A DNA stretch of 63,614 nucleotides, filler included, from Stramenopiles sp. TOSAG23-3 (lineage: Eukaryota): the NCBI GenBank assembly GCA_900128585.1. It is 13 parts of 13 records of this genome, joined end to end, with 100 filler letters (N's around TTAATTAATTAA, not from the genome) between each part and the next. Parts side by side here need not be neighbours in the genome. Positions count along the whole stretch, not along the records: positions 5,606 to 11,108 come from LT643509.1; positions 11,209 to 16,708 come from LT643510.1; positions 16,809 to 22,306 come from LT643511.1; 10 more parts are not named here. The stretch is one strand, 5' to 3'. The first letter of the stretch is position 1; each line of letters starts with the position of its first letter. The notes under the pieces were generated by a model. It saw only the letters and a program-made list of their open reading frames with translations, did not search any database and had not been told where the DNA came from. The translations under genes were made by a program, and so were the position numbers. Below, piece by piece: positions 9,631-20,472 of the stretch.

Positions 9631-10953
9631 CTACAGTTCCAAGTGTACATCTGCAGAGGAGACGTCTGGAATGCCTTCTAAAATTCGTTTGCGGGCATCT
9701 TCCCCAATCTCTTTTGCCTCTCGCACAGAGAACCGGTCGGCAATCTGTATTTCCAGCTCCACATGCACCTTTCCCTCCCAAAAATGGGTGCGGACGTGCG
9801 TCACGCCCCATACTTGCGGGATTTGAGAGACCACCGCCTGCACATCGTCCTTGATTTTCGGGTGGGGCCGCATGATTGGAGATTGCTTTCCGTGCGGCTC
9901 AAACTCAACATGCACCAAGACTTCCACCACTTCTTCAACTTCTGCCTCGATGAACCGAGAAATTCTTTCGCTAGCGTTGTGGGCAGCGCTGACCGTTAAT
10001 TCCTGGTCCACAAAAATGGAAAGGTCCACAAACACTTCATTCCCCACACTCCTCGTTCGAATGCTATGGCAGCCAACGATCTCCCCACTGCTTTGTGCAG
10101 CAAACCCTTTCACCAAATCTTTAATGTTTTGCCGCAGCGCAAGATTTTGCTCACTTCCATCCGCCAAGTCTTGGATCGAGTCCCAGCCAATCGACACTCC
10201 TGCTTTCAAAATCATTCCTGACACCACCAACCCCCCCACCGGGTCAAGAAAATGATAGCCGGCCGAGCTTCCCAGGAGCGCGCCCAACGCAACGATCGAG
10301 GAAAGGGCATCCGTCCTGTGGTGCCATGCATTTGCTTCCAGCACTTTGCTCCGAAGACTCTTTGCTACGTTCATGGTTTTCCGGTACAATAACTCCTTTG
10401 AAACGATCGATCCCACCGCCACCGCGATCGCAGCGGAGTGGAAGGGTATGACAAGCTCTGGGTGTGCCGAGTTTGACGACCACGCGGGAACCAGCAAGTC
10501 CAAGGAATGGACTGCGGTCCCACCCGCAGTCATGATCAAAATTCCCGACACCACAAACGCCCCAATAGTTTCATATTTTCCATAGCCAAACGGGTGCGTT
10601 TGATCCGGGGGCTGTTGGGCTATCTTTATGGACGCAAGCGTTACAAAATCGCTGATCAGATCACTAATGGAGTGGGCAGCGTCCGCTATCAGGGCAGCCG
10701 AGTTGCTGTACACCCCAGCTGTTAACTTTCCCAAGCCAAGAACGCCGTTGATGGACGCTCCTGCCCACGTTATGTTGGACGCGGACATGTCCTTGGTTGC
10801 ATCCTTCAAAACCGGAGTTGCCGAAGAGTTCCGAAGAGAAGACGAGAACGCTCGGCCCTCTTTCACCTGTTCGTCTAAGGGGCTGTGCGTTGCCCACAAG
10901 AACCTTGCCGAACGACCTTTGCAGAACGCACCCAACCTGCCGACTCGCATCAT
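9631..10953 (-). CDS. Cation diffusion facilitator (CDF; MMT1/FieF-like), probably mitochondrial, with duplicated C-terminal dimerisation domain
   Basis: SAALIADAAHSISD, HPFGYGKYE and ANAWHHRTDALSS CDF signatures; Arg/Ser-rich N-terminal presequence; two ZT_dimer-like segments (..VLVHVE and ..ADVHLEL). Confidence 0.9.
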   Translation of the reverse strand: MMRVGRLGAFCKGRSARFLWATHSPLDEQVKEGRAFSSSLRNSSATPVLKDATKDMSASNITWAGASINGVLGLGKLTAGVYSNSAALIADAAHSISDLISDFVTLASIKIAQQPPDQTHPFGYGKYETIGAFVVSGILIMTAGGTAVHSLDLLVPAWSSNSAHPELVIPFHSAAIAVAVGSIVSKELLYRKTMNVAKSLRSKVLEANAWHHRTDALSSIVALGALLGSSAGYHFLDPVGGLVVSGMILKAGVSIGWDSIQDLADGSEQNLALRQNIKDLVKGFAAQSSGEIVGCHSIRTRSVGNEVFVDLSIFVDQELTVSAAHNASERISRFIEAEVEEVVEVLVHVEFEPHGKQSPIMRPHPKIKDDVQAVVSQIPQVWGVTHVRTHFWEGKVHVELEIQIADRFSVREAKEIGEDARKRILEGIPDVSSADVHLEL

Positions 10954-11448
10954 CCTCGAGCTACCAAAGCCTTGCAAAAACAGTCCTGCTGTCCTATACT
11001 AGGAAAACCTACCGACGGTATTTTTATCTTTATCAATACCGGCTGCAAAAAGAATGAAAAACGAAGGCAATCGATGTACGGTATATATTCAAAATTGACA
11101 TGTATATANNNNNNNNNNNNNNNNNNNNNNNNNNNNNNNNNNNNNNNNNNNNTTAATTAATTAANNNNNNNNNNNNNNNNNNNNNNNNNNNNNNNNNNNN
11201 NNNNNNNNCCACTTTGTACAAGTATTATAGTGAAAATATTGGAATCAGAAAAGTACAGCAATTCATTTTGTTTCGAGTTTTTTCTAAAGTCTCTTTTGTT
11301 TTTTAAAACCGTGAGGTTTGATTTGAACAGTAAGAAGTGTTCGTTGGGATTGAAGAGTGGGTCGACGGAAATAGGATATTTATTTCTCTGCCTCTATCTA
11401 GGTCTTTGGTGTGTAATAATACTAACGGTTGCAAAACGGACGGACAAT

Positions 11449-13656
11449 ATGTCGGTGGTGAATATCACCATTGCTGGGGACGGGTCGCTTGGGATTAAGT
11501 TGGTGGCTGTTGCGGCGGGGGCTGGGATACAAAATTTAAATGCAAAAGTTGCGTCTGTAAAACCTGGCGGTATTGCTGCGATCGCCGGTGCATTTGCTGG
11601 CGCCCTGGTCAAAGCGGTCGAGGGCCAGTCCGTCGAGGGGCTCAGGTATGCTGAAGTGCTGAGTAGAATCAAAATCGCTTCTGGTCGGCGGCCGTTCCAG
11701 ATGTCTTTGCTGGACCCTTCAAAAATGGAGGAGGGGAACCCACCGCCCCAGGCGGCCGGCGTATTGGAACAAATCGAAGCCCCGCCGCACCCAATGTCGG
11801 CCAAGCACCCCGCGCCACCAGTAGAACACCCAGAAAAGGCGACGGCCAAAGAACCGGAAAGTTCAAAGCCGTCCCCAAGTGTTCCGACCAACGAGGAGCA
11901 CAAGGCCATGCTGGCAAAGTTGGAAGAGTACGAAACTAAACAAACTAGATTAGAGAAAGAGCTTGAGTCAAAGTCTCTTGTGTGTACAGGGTTGAAGGAT
12001 TCCGTAGAGAAACAGAAATCCGAGTGTGATTCCCTACAAGCGCAAGTTGACCAGTACAAAAGCGACCAGGAAAAATCCGCTGCCGAGCTCGACCAGTGCA
12101 AGTCAGCACGCAAGGGTGTCGAAGAGGAGCTTGAAGCCTGCAGATCTGACATGACCAATCTCACGGTCGAAGCAGACGCGCAGAAAGCGGAAAACTTATC
12201 TTTAAATGAAAAATTGAAGGATCTAGAGGGGATAGTGAAGAGCAAAGAAGTGGAGCTGAAGAATGCCACGGAGGACCGGTCCGTCGATGAGGCTGCAAAG
12301 GAACTGGGGCAATGCCAGTTGAAAATTCAAGAGCTTGAAGCGGCAAACAAGAAGCTAAGCGATCAGCGCTCTGCAGAGGCCCAAGAGCTGCAGCTTTTGA
12401 AGATGCAGTTGGAAAACTCTGTAGAAGCAAGCACGGAATTGGGCAAGAAACATGCCAAAGAAAAGCGTGCCTTAGTCGCCCACGCCAATGAATTGGAAAA
12501 AAGGTTAGAAATGGAAAATTCACAGAGCGCCGACAGCTCCAAAAAGCAGCTGGACCAAGTGAAGGAGATGAGGCAGCAAATAGAAATCCTGGCGTTGGAG
12601 AAGGCCGCGTTGACAAAGCAGCTCGAAGAAATACCAGTGTTACAGGAGAAAATAAAAACTTCCAACAAAGAAGCAGACGCAAAGCTGCAGAACGAAAAGC
12701 AGGCCCTGGTGGCCCATGCGAAGAAGCTGGAGCAGCAGCTGGAAAGTGCGAAAAAACTCGCCGAGGAAGCGGCTGCGGGGGCCAATTCAAAACTTGCAAT
12801 CCTCGAGGAACGGACGAAGAGTCTCGAAGGGCAGAACAAGATACTGGCCGACGAACTGGGCGAAACGAACAAGAACTCCATGGCCATGGCGAGCAAAGCG
12901 CTGCAGCACAAACAGCAACTCGCGGCGAAAGTCGCGTCCGATTTGAAAAACTTAGAGTCTACCAACAAGGCAAAGGGCGCGCTGGAAGTCGAACTTCGCA
13001 ACATGACGCAGGAAAAAGAACTACTAAAGGAAGAACTGGGGAAAGTAAAGGGAAAGTATTACGCAGCCCTCAATTTTGAAATGGAAAATAGCGAGCTACA
13101 AATGAAGCTTAAATCTTCCGAATTGGAGGTCATGGAAAGCAAAGGGGAGATCACGTCGCTTCGAGAACGTGTCAGCGCCCTGGTCGTCCAACTGAGGGAA
13201 TCCGAGCAGCGAGTGCCGGACGGCACGCAGACGAAGAAGATAAAAAAAGAGCTCATGGACAAGTTCAAAAAAGTGTCTACCAAGTTGACAGAAGAGAACG
13301 AAAAGTTAAAGATGACTAAAAAGAAGCAAGATTTGGAAATCGGGGAAATCAAAAGCCAGCTTCGCATGGCTAGAAAGGGCAAAAAGACCGTCGAGGAGCT
13401 GTACGAGAAGGCGAAAAAGAAGAACTCGATGGATCATGGGAAGGTGAAAGCCGAAGTAAGGCTGCTGAAGGAGAAGGCAAAGGAGGCCGATGCAATGCAC
13501 GACAAGATCAAAGCGCAAGCCAAGAAGTTTGCCGCCGAGCGAGCGCACTTGATGGAAGTTACACGAGCCGTTGTTAAGTGTAAGCGCCTGCTAGAAAAGA
13601 AGTACGCCTCGCTGCAAATGGAAATCGACCGTTCTGCCATGTCCGAATCGTTTTAA
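11449..13656 (+). CDS. PDZ-domain protein with long coiled coil
   Basis: GSLGIKL..VASVKPGGIA..VEGQSVEGLRYAEVLSRIK..RP is a PDZ pattern, followed by about 580 aa of heptad-rich K/E sequence; first in-frame ATG is 11449. Confidence 0.75.
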   Translation: MSVVNITIAGDGSLGIKLVAVAAGAGIQNLNAKVASVKPGGIAAIAGAFAGALVKAVEGQSVEGLRYAEVLSRIKIASGRRPFQMSLLDPSKMEEGNPPPQAAGVLEQIEAPPHPMSAKHPAPPVEHPEKATAKEPESSKPSPSVPTNEEHKAMLAKLEEYETKQTRLEKELESKSLVCTGLKDSVEKQKSECDSLQAQVDQYKSDQEKSAAELDQCKSARKGVEEELEACRSDMTNLTVEADAQKAENLSLNEKLKDLEGIVKSKEVELKNATEDRSVDEAAKELGQCQLKIQELEAANKKLSDQRSAEAQELQLLKMQLENSVEASTELGKKHAKEKRALVAHANELEKRLEMENSQSADSSKKQLDQVKEMRQQIEILALEKAALTKQLEEIPVLQEKIKTSNKEADAKLQNEKQALVAHAKKLEQQLESAKKLAEEAAAGANSKLAILEERTKSLEGQNKILADELGETNKNSMAMASKALQHKQQLAAKVASDLKNLESTNKAKGALEVELRNMTQEKELLKEELGKVKGKYYAALNFEMENSELQMKLKSSELEVMESKGEITSLRERVSALVVQLRESEQRVPDGTQTKKIKKELMDKFKKVSTKLTEENEKLKMTKKKQDLEIGEIKSQLRMARKGKKTVEELYEKAKKKNSMDHGKVKAEVRLLKEKAKEADAMHDKIKAQAKKFAAERAHLMEVTRAVVKCKRLLEKKYASLQMEIDRSAMSESF

Positions 13657-13721
13657 ATTGATGTTAAATGTTATTAATAATGATTAAACGCTTTTACACA
13701 AGCACGTTTAAGAAAACAGAA

Positions 13722-13748
13722 TAAAAACAAGAAAATTGGCTGTTATTT
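13722..13748 (+). repeat. Interspersed repeat module A (AAAAACAAGAAAATTGGCTGTTATT)
   Basis: Further copies or variants at 26114-26141(-), 29499-29525(+), 37631-37656(+), 51955-51982(-), 53990-54016(+), 54078-54100(+) and 59505-59533(+). Confidence 0.85.
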
Positions 13749-13840
13749 TGAGTAATAATAGAAAACAGAATAAAATACACTTGTCTTGGCAATCTTTACA
13801 AATGATAAAAACTTAAATTGCGTCCGCTCTGTCGATTTTG

Positions 13841-16261
13841 TCAACCTGCCTTACATGTTACCACACAGCCAAAGCCCTGGGGTGCAAGGAACGTTAAATT
13901 CCCGTCGCTGTCCGAACTCTTGCTTTCATCATTTTTGCCGCTGTTTGGGCACTTGTCCCCACTTACTACGATTGTAAACTCGGTGCTCTTTGCGACCCCG
14001 TGGAGGGAATAGCTTGAGACTGACTTGTCCCCAGGAAGTTCAAGAACAACTTCTGATGGGCTAAAGTCAACATGAACGGAGCCAACGTGGTAATTGTACT
14101 CTGAGATCCCAAATGGGGAAATAAAAACAGTCCGGTACCCAATGTCTATCCCATACTTGACCTCTCTGAGAAGCATTGATACTACAGCAGGGTATTCAAA
14201 GTATGCCTCTGTCCTATTGAGCTCTTGGGTCCCATCACAGTGCAAACGTTCTCGCATCCAAGTGTGTGAAATAAGCAGCTGTTGCAAGGGGTTCAATATA
14301 TGGTCATAAAAGCCATCCACATCCCCGTACCTTTTTCGGCTCAGTGCATCAAACCAAGCAATCCGGCCCATTGCACACCAGCTGTCGCCAACGTTGCCAT
14401 GAGGTGCCCCAGTAGTATCAGTAGGGCCGTAATACCGCTCCGACACAAATGTTGCACTTGCTCTACATTGGCCGCCAGTGTCAATGCGCTTCAATAGTCG
14501 GGACGCCCTGTCTGTGTCCACCACACCATGCGCTGCTGCGATCAAATTGGAATCGTAATCGACAAAGTCCCTGACAGTGTTGTCGTCTGGCCCGTTCCAC
14601 TGGGTGACAAAGTGATCGTCACCAGAAGCTTTGGAAGCCCACAAAAATTTATTCATGGAGGATTTTATTCTCGCTGCAAGAGACCGCAGGGCTTTTGCGC
14701 CAGTAGCATTTCCAACGTACTCCTCTGCATCCGCAAACTCTTGAAAAAATCCAACCAGTTGGGCATTGGTATCTGAGGTAAAATTAGACCGCAAAAACAC
14801 ATCAATCATTAAACTCCCTGGGACTTTTGCTAGTGAAACGTCTTGGTCAATCAAGGAAAACAAGAACTGAGACGCTAGCCTCAGCGTGGGCATGTAACCT
14901 TTCAACCATGAGAAGTTCTGAGACGCTTTGGCGTAGTTGAAGCAGCTCAAAATCCAAAAGACGTTCGGGCCCGTCTGGATTTCTCCGCTGAGGGCCTGGT
15001 ACACTGGTTTGATACCAACAAAGTGGTGGGGAAGTTGCCCGTTTGGTTTTAAGAATGCCCCTGAGCGCTCCAGGACTGTGCGAACTTGCTCCTGAAGGTA
15101 GTGCTCATTGCTCCACGACAATGCACTGGTGGCTAAATAGTTGTCTGGGTCAAAGTAATTGTATGTGTCATTGTACCCTCTAACAGGAAGTGCAATCGAG
15201 GTGGCCATCTGCCCGACAGCTACACCAGGTCGCACCTCATTGGTGTGTGTGCAAAGGTTTCCAGCCGGCGATGCGTATATGCCGATCATCAGAGCATGAA
15301 TGTCGTTTGCACATAAGTTTTTCCCTGGAGTCAAAGTTCCAACGGGGAAATCTAAATCGTTGGCCGCAATAGAGACGGAATAATCCCATGCAGAGGACTG
15401 CTTGAGTGTGGAATCAGGAACACTCTCCCAACCATCCCTCCAGTTGTCCATCAACGGTGATTTGGGGTCCAAAACCCCCCCAGCAAGAACTTCCTGCAAG
15501 CCAGACCAGTATGGTGTGCCACTGCTGCTGCTCAAAAGAGAAAACTGCCTCGGGGTTGACTTTGACTCACTGCCAATGGCCCAGTCGAAAGAGTAGTTTC
15601 CAACGGCTTTCTCCCCAGAGCCACTCCCACCAAGGGCGTAAAAGCGTTTTAAGGTATCGTCAGAAATGTAAAAGTCGGCTTCGCCCGCTGCATTTTTCAT
15701 TTGAACGACTCCACCATCAAACCAAGCATACAACGAGGTTGGGGCCAAGTGGTACTGCCTGCTAACAAATTTGGCTTCCACAGTTTTCAACATCCCGCCC
15801 TGAGCGTGAAACTGAAGCGTCCGCGATGCCGGCGCAAGAGCAAACGTCCAGTTTTCAAGCATAGCTGGGCTGTCGTACACATCCACGATGTTTAGCATTT
15901 TCAGCGTCGCGCCCTTTTCTGTGTCGTTGGATACCACGCCCAGGGCGACTTGGCCTGGTTTTAAATTTCCAGAACTATACACGGCACCAGAGCTATCCTC
16001 CCGTTTCACGGTCATGCCCCCGTCGCTCAGGACGTTCTTTCCCCATTCACCTACACCGTCATAATCTGCGTAAATACCTTTGAGTCGACCAGGAACTACG
16101 TGCACGCAAAGAAACCCATTGCTCAATATAGCAGAGCCAGCCCCACTATCAACTGTAAAGCGAAGCGATGAGTCGCCCCTAGTGCACGGGCACGGAGAAC
16201 TTACCGAAAGAGACCTTGCAGAAACTGCAAGGAGGAGCAGGACAAAGGAAAATCGAAACAT
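13841..16261 (-). CDS. Secreted putative glycoside hydrolase, (alpha/alpha)6 six-hairpin type, family unassigned
   Basis: Signal peptide from ATG 16261 (MFRFSFVLLLLAVSARS); beta-rich N-terminal half; helical-barrel motifs (FWILSCFNYAKASQNFSWLKGYMPTL, AARIKSSMNKFLW, DFVDYDSNLIA). Confidence 0.6.
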   Translation of the reverse strand: MFRFSFVLLLLAVSARSLSVSSPCPCTRGDSSLRFTVDSGAGSAILSNGFLCVHVVPGRLKGIYADYDGVGEWGKNVLSDGGMTVKREDSSGAVYSSGNLKPGQVALGVVSNDTEKGATLKMLNIVDVYDSPAMLENWTFALAPASRTLQFHAQGGMLKTVEAKFVSRQYHLAPTSLYAWFDGGVVQMKNAAGEADFYISDDTLKRFYALGGSGSGEKAVGNYSFDWAIGSESKSTPRQFSLLSSSSGTPYWSGLQEVLAGGVLDPKSPLMDNWRDGWESVPDSTLKQSSAWDYSVSIAANDLDFPVGTLTPGKNLCANDIHALMIGIYASPAGNLCTHTNEVRPGVAVGQMATSIALPVRGYNDTYNYFDPDNYLATSALSWSNEHYLQEQVRTVLERSGAFLKPNGQLPHHFVGIKPVYQALSGEIQTGPNVFWILSCFNYAKASQNFSWLKGYMPTLRLASQFLFSLIDQDVSLAKVPGSLMIDVFLRSNFTSDTNAQLVGFFQEFADAEEYVGNATGAKALRSLAARIKSSMNKFLWASKASGDDHFVTQWNGPDDNTVRDFVDYDSNLIAAAHGVVDTDRASRLLKRIDTGGQCRASATFVSERYYGPTDTTGAPHGNVGDSWCAMGRIAWFDALSRKRYGDVDGFYDHILNPLQQLLISHTWMRERLHCDGTQELNRTEAYFEYPAVVSMLLREVKYGIDIGYRTVFISPFGISEYNYHVGSVHVDFSPSEVVLELPGDKSVSSYSLHGVAKSTEFTIVVSGDKCPNSGKNDESKSSDSDGNLTFLAPQGFGCVVTCKAG

Positions 16262-17951
16262 ACTCTGTTGATATTGCTGTTTACAACAGTGTGTCACTGT
16301 GTTTCGCACGACTCAATTCAATTTCTTTCTCTTTTCAACCGAATTGTTTCTTGATCTTTTTTCTTCGTCTATATAATATTGATTTTGGAAATATGAAAAA
16401 AAATATGAGAAGAAGTAGGTATTATATTATAATAAGGGGGAAAGAAAAAATAATAATAATATTAAAAAATATTCTAAAAAAAAAAAAAAAAAAGGAAGAA
16501 GAAGAAGAAGAAGAAGAAGAAGAAGAAGAAGAAAAAAGCTAAAAAAAAAAGAGAAGAAGAGAAAAAGAGAAGAAGAAAAAGAAAAAGATTGAAGGAAGAA
16601 AGGAAGAAGAAAAAAAGGAAGAAGAAAAGGAAAGGAAAAAAAGAAAGGAAAGGAAGAAAAAAGGAAGGAGAAAGGAATATGAGCGAAGAAGATAGAAGTC
16701 GTCCATCANNNNNNNNNNNNNNNNNNNNNNNNNNNNNNNNNNNNNNNNNNNNTTAATTAATTAANNNNNNNNNNNNNNNNNNNNNNNNNNNNNNNNNNNN
16801 NNNNNNNNAAAAAAATAACAACGGGCAGCGGACGACAACAGCAAGGCAAAGGGAAAGAAGGCACTACTTTAATACAAACGTACTGAACCCACTGTTCTGG
16901 AGGGCGATACTGTTGTAGCACCGAACGTCACAGGAAGGAAGGAGGGAAGAGACAAATCAACAGAAACGGGTTTCCCAGTTCTCTCTCTGTCTCTGTCTGT
17001 ATGTTTCAGTTCAACCAGATGAAGCCAAATATGAAATGTGGTTACGAAATAAAAAAAACAAACATTGTGGTTGTTGAAGAATGAATGAATGATGGATATG
17101 GTAGTATATTATTTTTTTAGTAGAGTCGATCATCTCTCTCGCCTCTCGCTCTCTCGCGTCGAGAAGAAGATGAAAGAAGAACAACAACGAAAGAGAAGAA
17201 GAAGAATTTATTTAACAAATTAATCTCTTCTCTCCTCCTCTCTTCTCCTTCTTCTTTCTTCTTTATTACTTCTTCTATCTACTTAATACCTGGTACGGTA
17301 CTGACTGGTACAGCAGGAATAAAAAATAAACTACAGGTACGTAGCATGTACTATTATTCCTTCTTCTTACTACTACAACACTTTGCTTCTTCTTTCTTTA
17401 TTTTTCTTTATTATTATTTATTCATTATCAAGGGTAATAATTATCTATTTTAATTATATTCTTTTCTTCTTTCTTTCTTCCTTTCTACCTTCCTCAGCAG
17501 GTCCTCAGCAGCATATTAGAAGAGAGAAGAATGTGGAGGAGGAGGGAGAAGAAGAAGAAGAAGAAGAAGAAAGAAGAAGAAGAAGAAAAGGGAGTTAGTC
17601 ATCACTCACAATACATGCTGCTCTACCCTTGGTACACTCTACTACACAAGAAGAAACAACACAAAATAAATAATAGACGACGACTACCTTGGTAACAAAA
17701 GAAAACTAACACACAAAATAAATTCTCATTCATTCCGATATATTCTACTTTCTGTACATTTATCTCATTGTATACGATATTGGACGGATGTTTTAAAAAA
17801 TTAGAAGAAAATATTTCGAAAAACATGTTTGATTTATCCATGTGCTCGCGAAAAGGAGAAAAGAAAGCGAAAGAGAGAAAGAAGTAAATCCACACCGCGC
17901 CGTGTCCTTTGGCCCGGCCGGTCGCTAGGGTAGGCAGCAAGCGCGTTAAAA

Positions 17952-18935
17952 ATGCTCTTTGCACCTCGTCGTCAAGGGCCAGTGCTCCCGTTACGTGTGA
18001 TTTTTTCTGTGCCGGTGGCGCTGGTCTTGTTTTTGTTTTACATGGTTGGCAGCGCGTTTTTTTATGGCTTTTACAAGCCGCATTTTTATCTTAGGAAAGC
18101 AGGGTATGGGGGTATTGGTGACGTTCTGATTGTCACTTGCTTTTCCTGTTTTTACTTTTTAGCGCTAGTGTCGTATGTGCGGTGTGTACTCACCCACCCG
18201 GGGGTCCCTGCCGATAATACAGAAGAAGGAGAGAAAGCGGCGCTTGAAACTAGCAAGCGGTTTTGTCGAGCTTGCCGAGTGCTCAAACCTGACCGGGCCC
18301 ACCATTGCAGGATTTGCAACACGTGCATTTTGACGATGGACCACCATTGCCCGTGGGTAGCAAATTGCGTCGGCTTTCAAAATTACAAATTTTTCTACCT
18401 CTTTGTACTACACGGGTTTATGGGGTCGACCATTGTGGCCGTGCTAAATTTGTTCCTACGGCACGGCGATATGGAGCGAGCAGGCGTGAAGCAAAACAGT
18501 CAGTTTTTTGCGACGTTTGGGATGATTATAGCATCGGCCATGTCCGTGTCATTAGGGTTGTTTACTGCATTGCACAGTTACCTTATTGGCATCGAAACGT
18601 CGACGATAGAATTGCACATGTATGGTTGCAAGCGCTTTCCTTACAGCCATGGCCTCTACCGCAACGTGCAGTCAAAGCTGGGCGAGTCTCCCTTTCTATG
18701 GTTTTTACCAATTTCTGCAGTAACAAGGGAAAAACTGGAAGAAAACCAGAGCCGGGTAAGCATTCTAACGACCGGCCAGGATGGCAGAGGCGGCCCACCT
18801 TCATCTCCGACGGTATCTGGGCGATATACGGACGCAGAAACACCCGAAGACGTTCGCGTAGAAATCGGCGAAGGGCACCCTGGTGGTTTTGGCAATGTGG
18901 AAATGAAAAGTACCCCCACGAAAACAATTGCGTAA
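17952..18935 (+). CDS. DHHC palmitoyltransferase (zf-DHHC)
   Basis: CRACRVLKPDRAHHCRICNTCILTMDHHCPWVANCVG; four TM segments; TTxE-like TSTIE motif. Confidence 0.95.
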   Translation: MLFAPRRQGPVLPLRVIFSVPVALVLFLFYMVGSAFFYGFYKPHFYLRKAGYGGIGDVLIVTCFSCFYFLALVSYVRCVLTHPGVPADNTEEGEKAALETSKRFCRACRVLKPDRAHHCRICNTCILTMDHHCPWVANCVGFQNYKFFYLFVLHGFMGSTIVAVLNLFLRHGDMERAGVKQNSQFFATFGMIIASAMSVSLGLFTALHSYLIGIETSTIELHMYGCKRFPYSHGLYRNVQSKLGESPFLWFLPISAVTREKLEENQSRVSILTTGQDGRGGPPSSPTVSGRYTDAETPEDVRVEIGEGHPGGFGNVEMKSTPTKTIA

Positions 18936-19453
18936 GAGGTAAGCGTAAAAAATGGATTAATGTGAAAGGGTGTGGGAGGAGGACGGAGGAGTGTGCGCTG
19001 TGTTTTATAGAGTGTGTAAAAATTAAACTGTGTGCTGAAGTACTTGATTACGTATATTTTTATCAACGAAACGAAATTAAAAAATCAAATTAAAAAACAA
19101 ATTATATATAAAAATCAAATTAAAACATCAAGATAAGTTAGGATCAGGGTTGGAACTGAAATCGTAATTGATATAAAATGAGAGTTTTAAAGCATACCAT
19201 ATAATTTGTTTTTTTAAAGGGAACGGTGTTGTATTGCATAAGCTTATAAAATTATAACCATGCGCGCCGAAAATCTTCTCTCCGCCGCAACGCAAATCGA
19301 AAACCCTGCCGAACACGCACCTCTTAACTCACGTTTGTACCAACAAACAGCACGCACGTATGCGACGAACTTTTTACTCCCCGCCGTACTGTGCTACGTA
19401 CGCTCCAACGTTTTCCTGCTTTTTCCTAATCAAGACCAGCCGGGCAGAGTTAA

Positions 19454-20472
19454 TTATACTGCATCAGCGACAACAGCTGGGTGCATGATCATTGGGCGCC
19501 CGGTCTTAAGAGCCTTCATGTAAAAATAGAAGTAATCGCACATGAGCAACAATTGCAACACTTGCGAAGCAACTACGAAATGACCCACATGTTCACCGCC
19601 AATGGATTGGTTGAACTTATCGTTCAGCTCGTGGTAAGAGGAGATCCAAAATATCAACTGAAAGAAACGAGCCATACCTAAAGCTGCAACAACGTGGGAA
19701 GTCCACTCGTCGACCGTCCCACCTCTCTTCGTAAACATGATTATCTGAGGAAGAATGGCAACTGATTCTAAACACAATGCCCAGGTCCACGCGGTATCTG
19801 TCAAAAAGTTTGAGTTCAATGACGGGTGGAAAATCAGCGCCAAGCCAAGCGTGATGGGATCTTCAAGTTTCCAAAGATGTCGAAGTTTTTCTCGTACGTG
19901 TGGTTAAATGTGCTCGATGCAAAGAAAATGCAGGTGGTCACCGCCAACAGGGATAAAACTTCGCACACCTGGTACATGTAGTCTCCACTTTTGTCGTATG
20001 GCAAGTACCCTTCGTAAAATAAAATGGAACTCAAACGGAATATAAAAGTGAACATGTAGCACTGCAAAAACTTCAGCGATACGCCGGCCACAGTCTTCTT
20101 CGTGTTAATGTAGTAGGCCAATACGATGAACGCAAACGTGCGAATCAAAGACCCCAGGGTAAGCAAGAAAGAAAAGTCGCCGTCGCTAAACACGTGGTAC
20201 ACAAATAAAACTGCGACGACAAGTCCCAGCCAGAGAAACAACTGTTTCTGGTTCGTCCTTATCCAATTCTTTACTTTCTGCGCGTCGTTAACACGCCGGC
20301 GAGATTTCGAAGGATCTCCCCCAGTTGCCATTGGCGTGCCTGGACCGTTCATGTGCGATGACACCCCTCCATGCATCATGTTGGGGTTACTGCCGTATGC
20401 GTCGGCCCCTGGGATAGAAGTCGGCACACTAGAACCGGGCACGTTGCGATGCGAGAAAGCTGAGTTACTCAT
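19454..20472 (-). CDS. ERD2: ERD2-like / KDEL receptor family protein, reading frame broken at about 19845
   Basis: ORF 19834-20472 (AGVSLKF, EGYLPYDKSGD) and ORF 19454-19843 (LALIFHP, LESVAILPQ, CDYFYFY) are the two halves of one receptor, in different frames. Confidence 0.85.
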
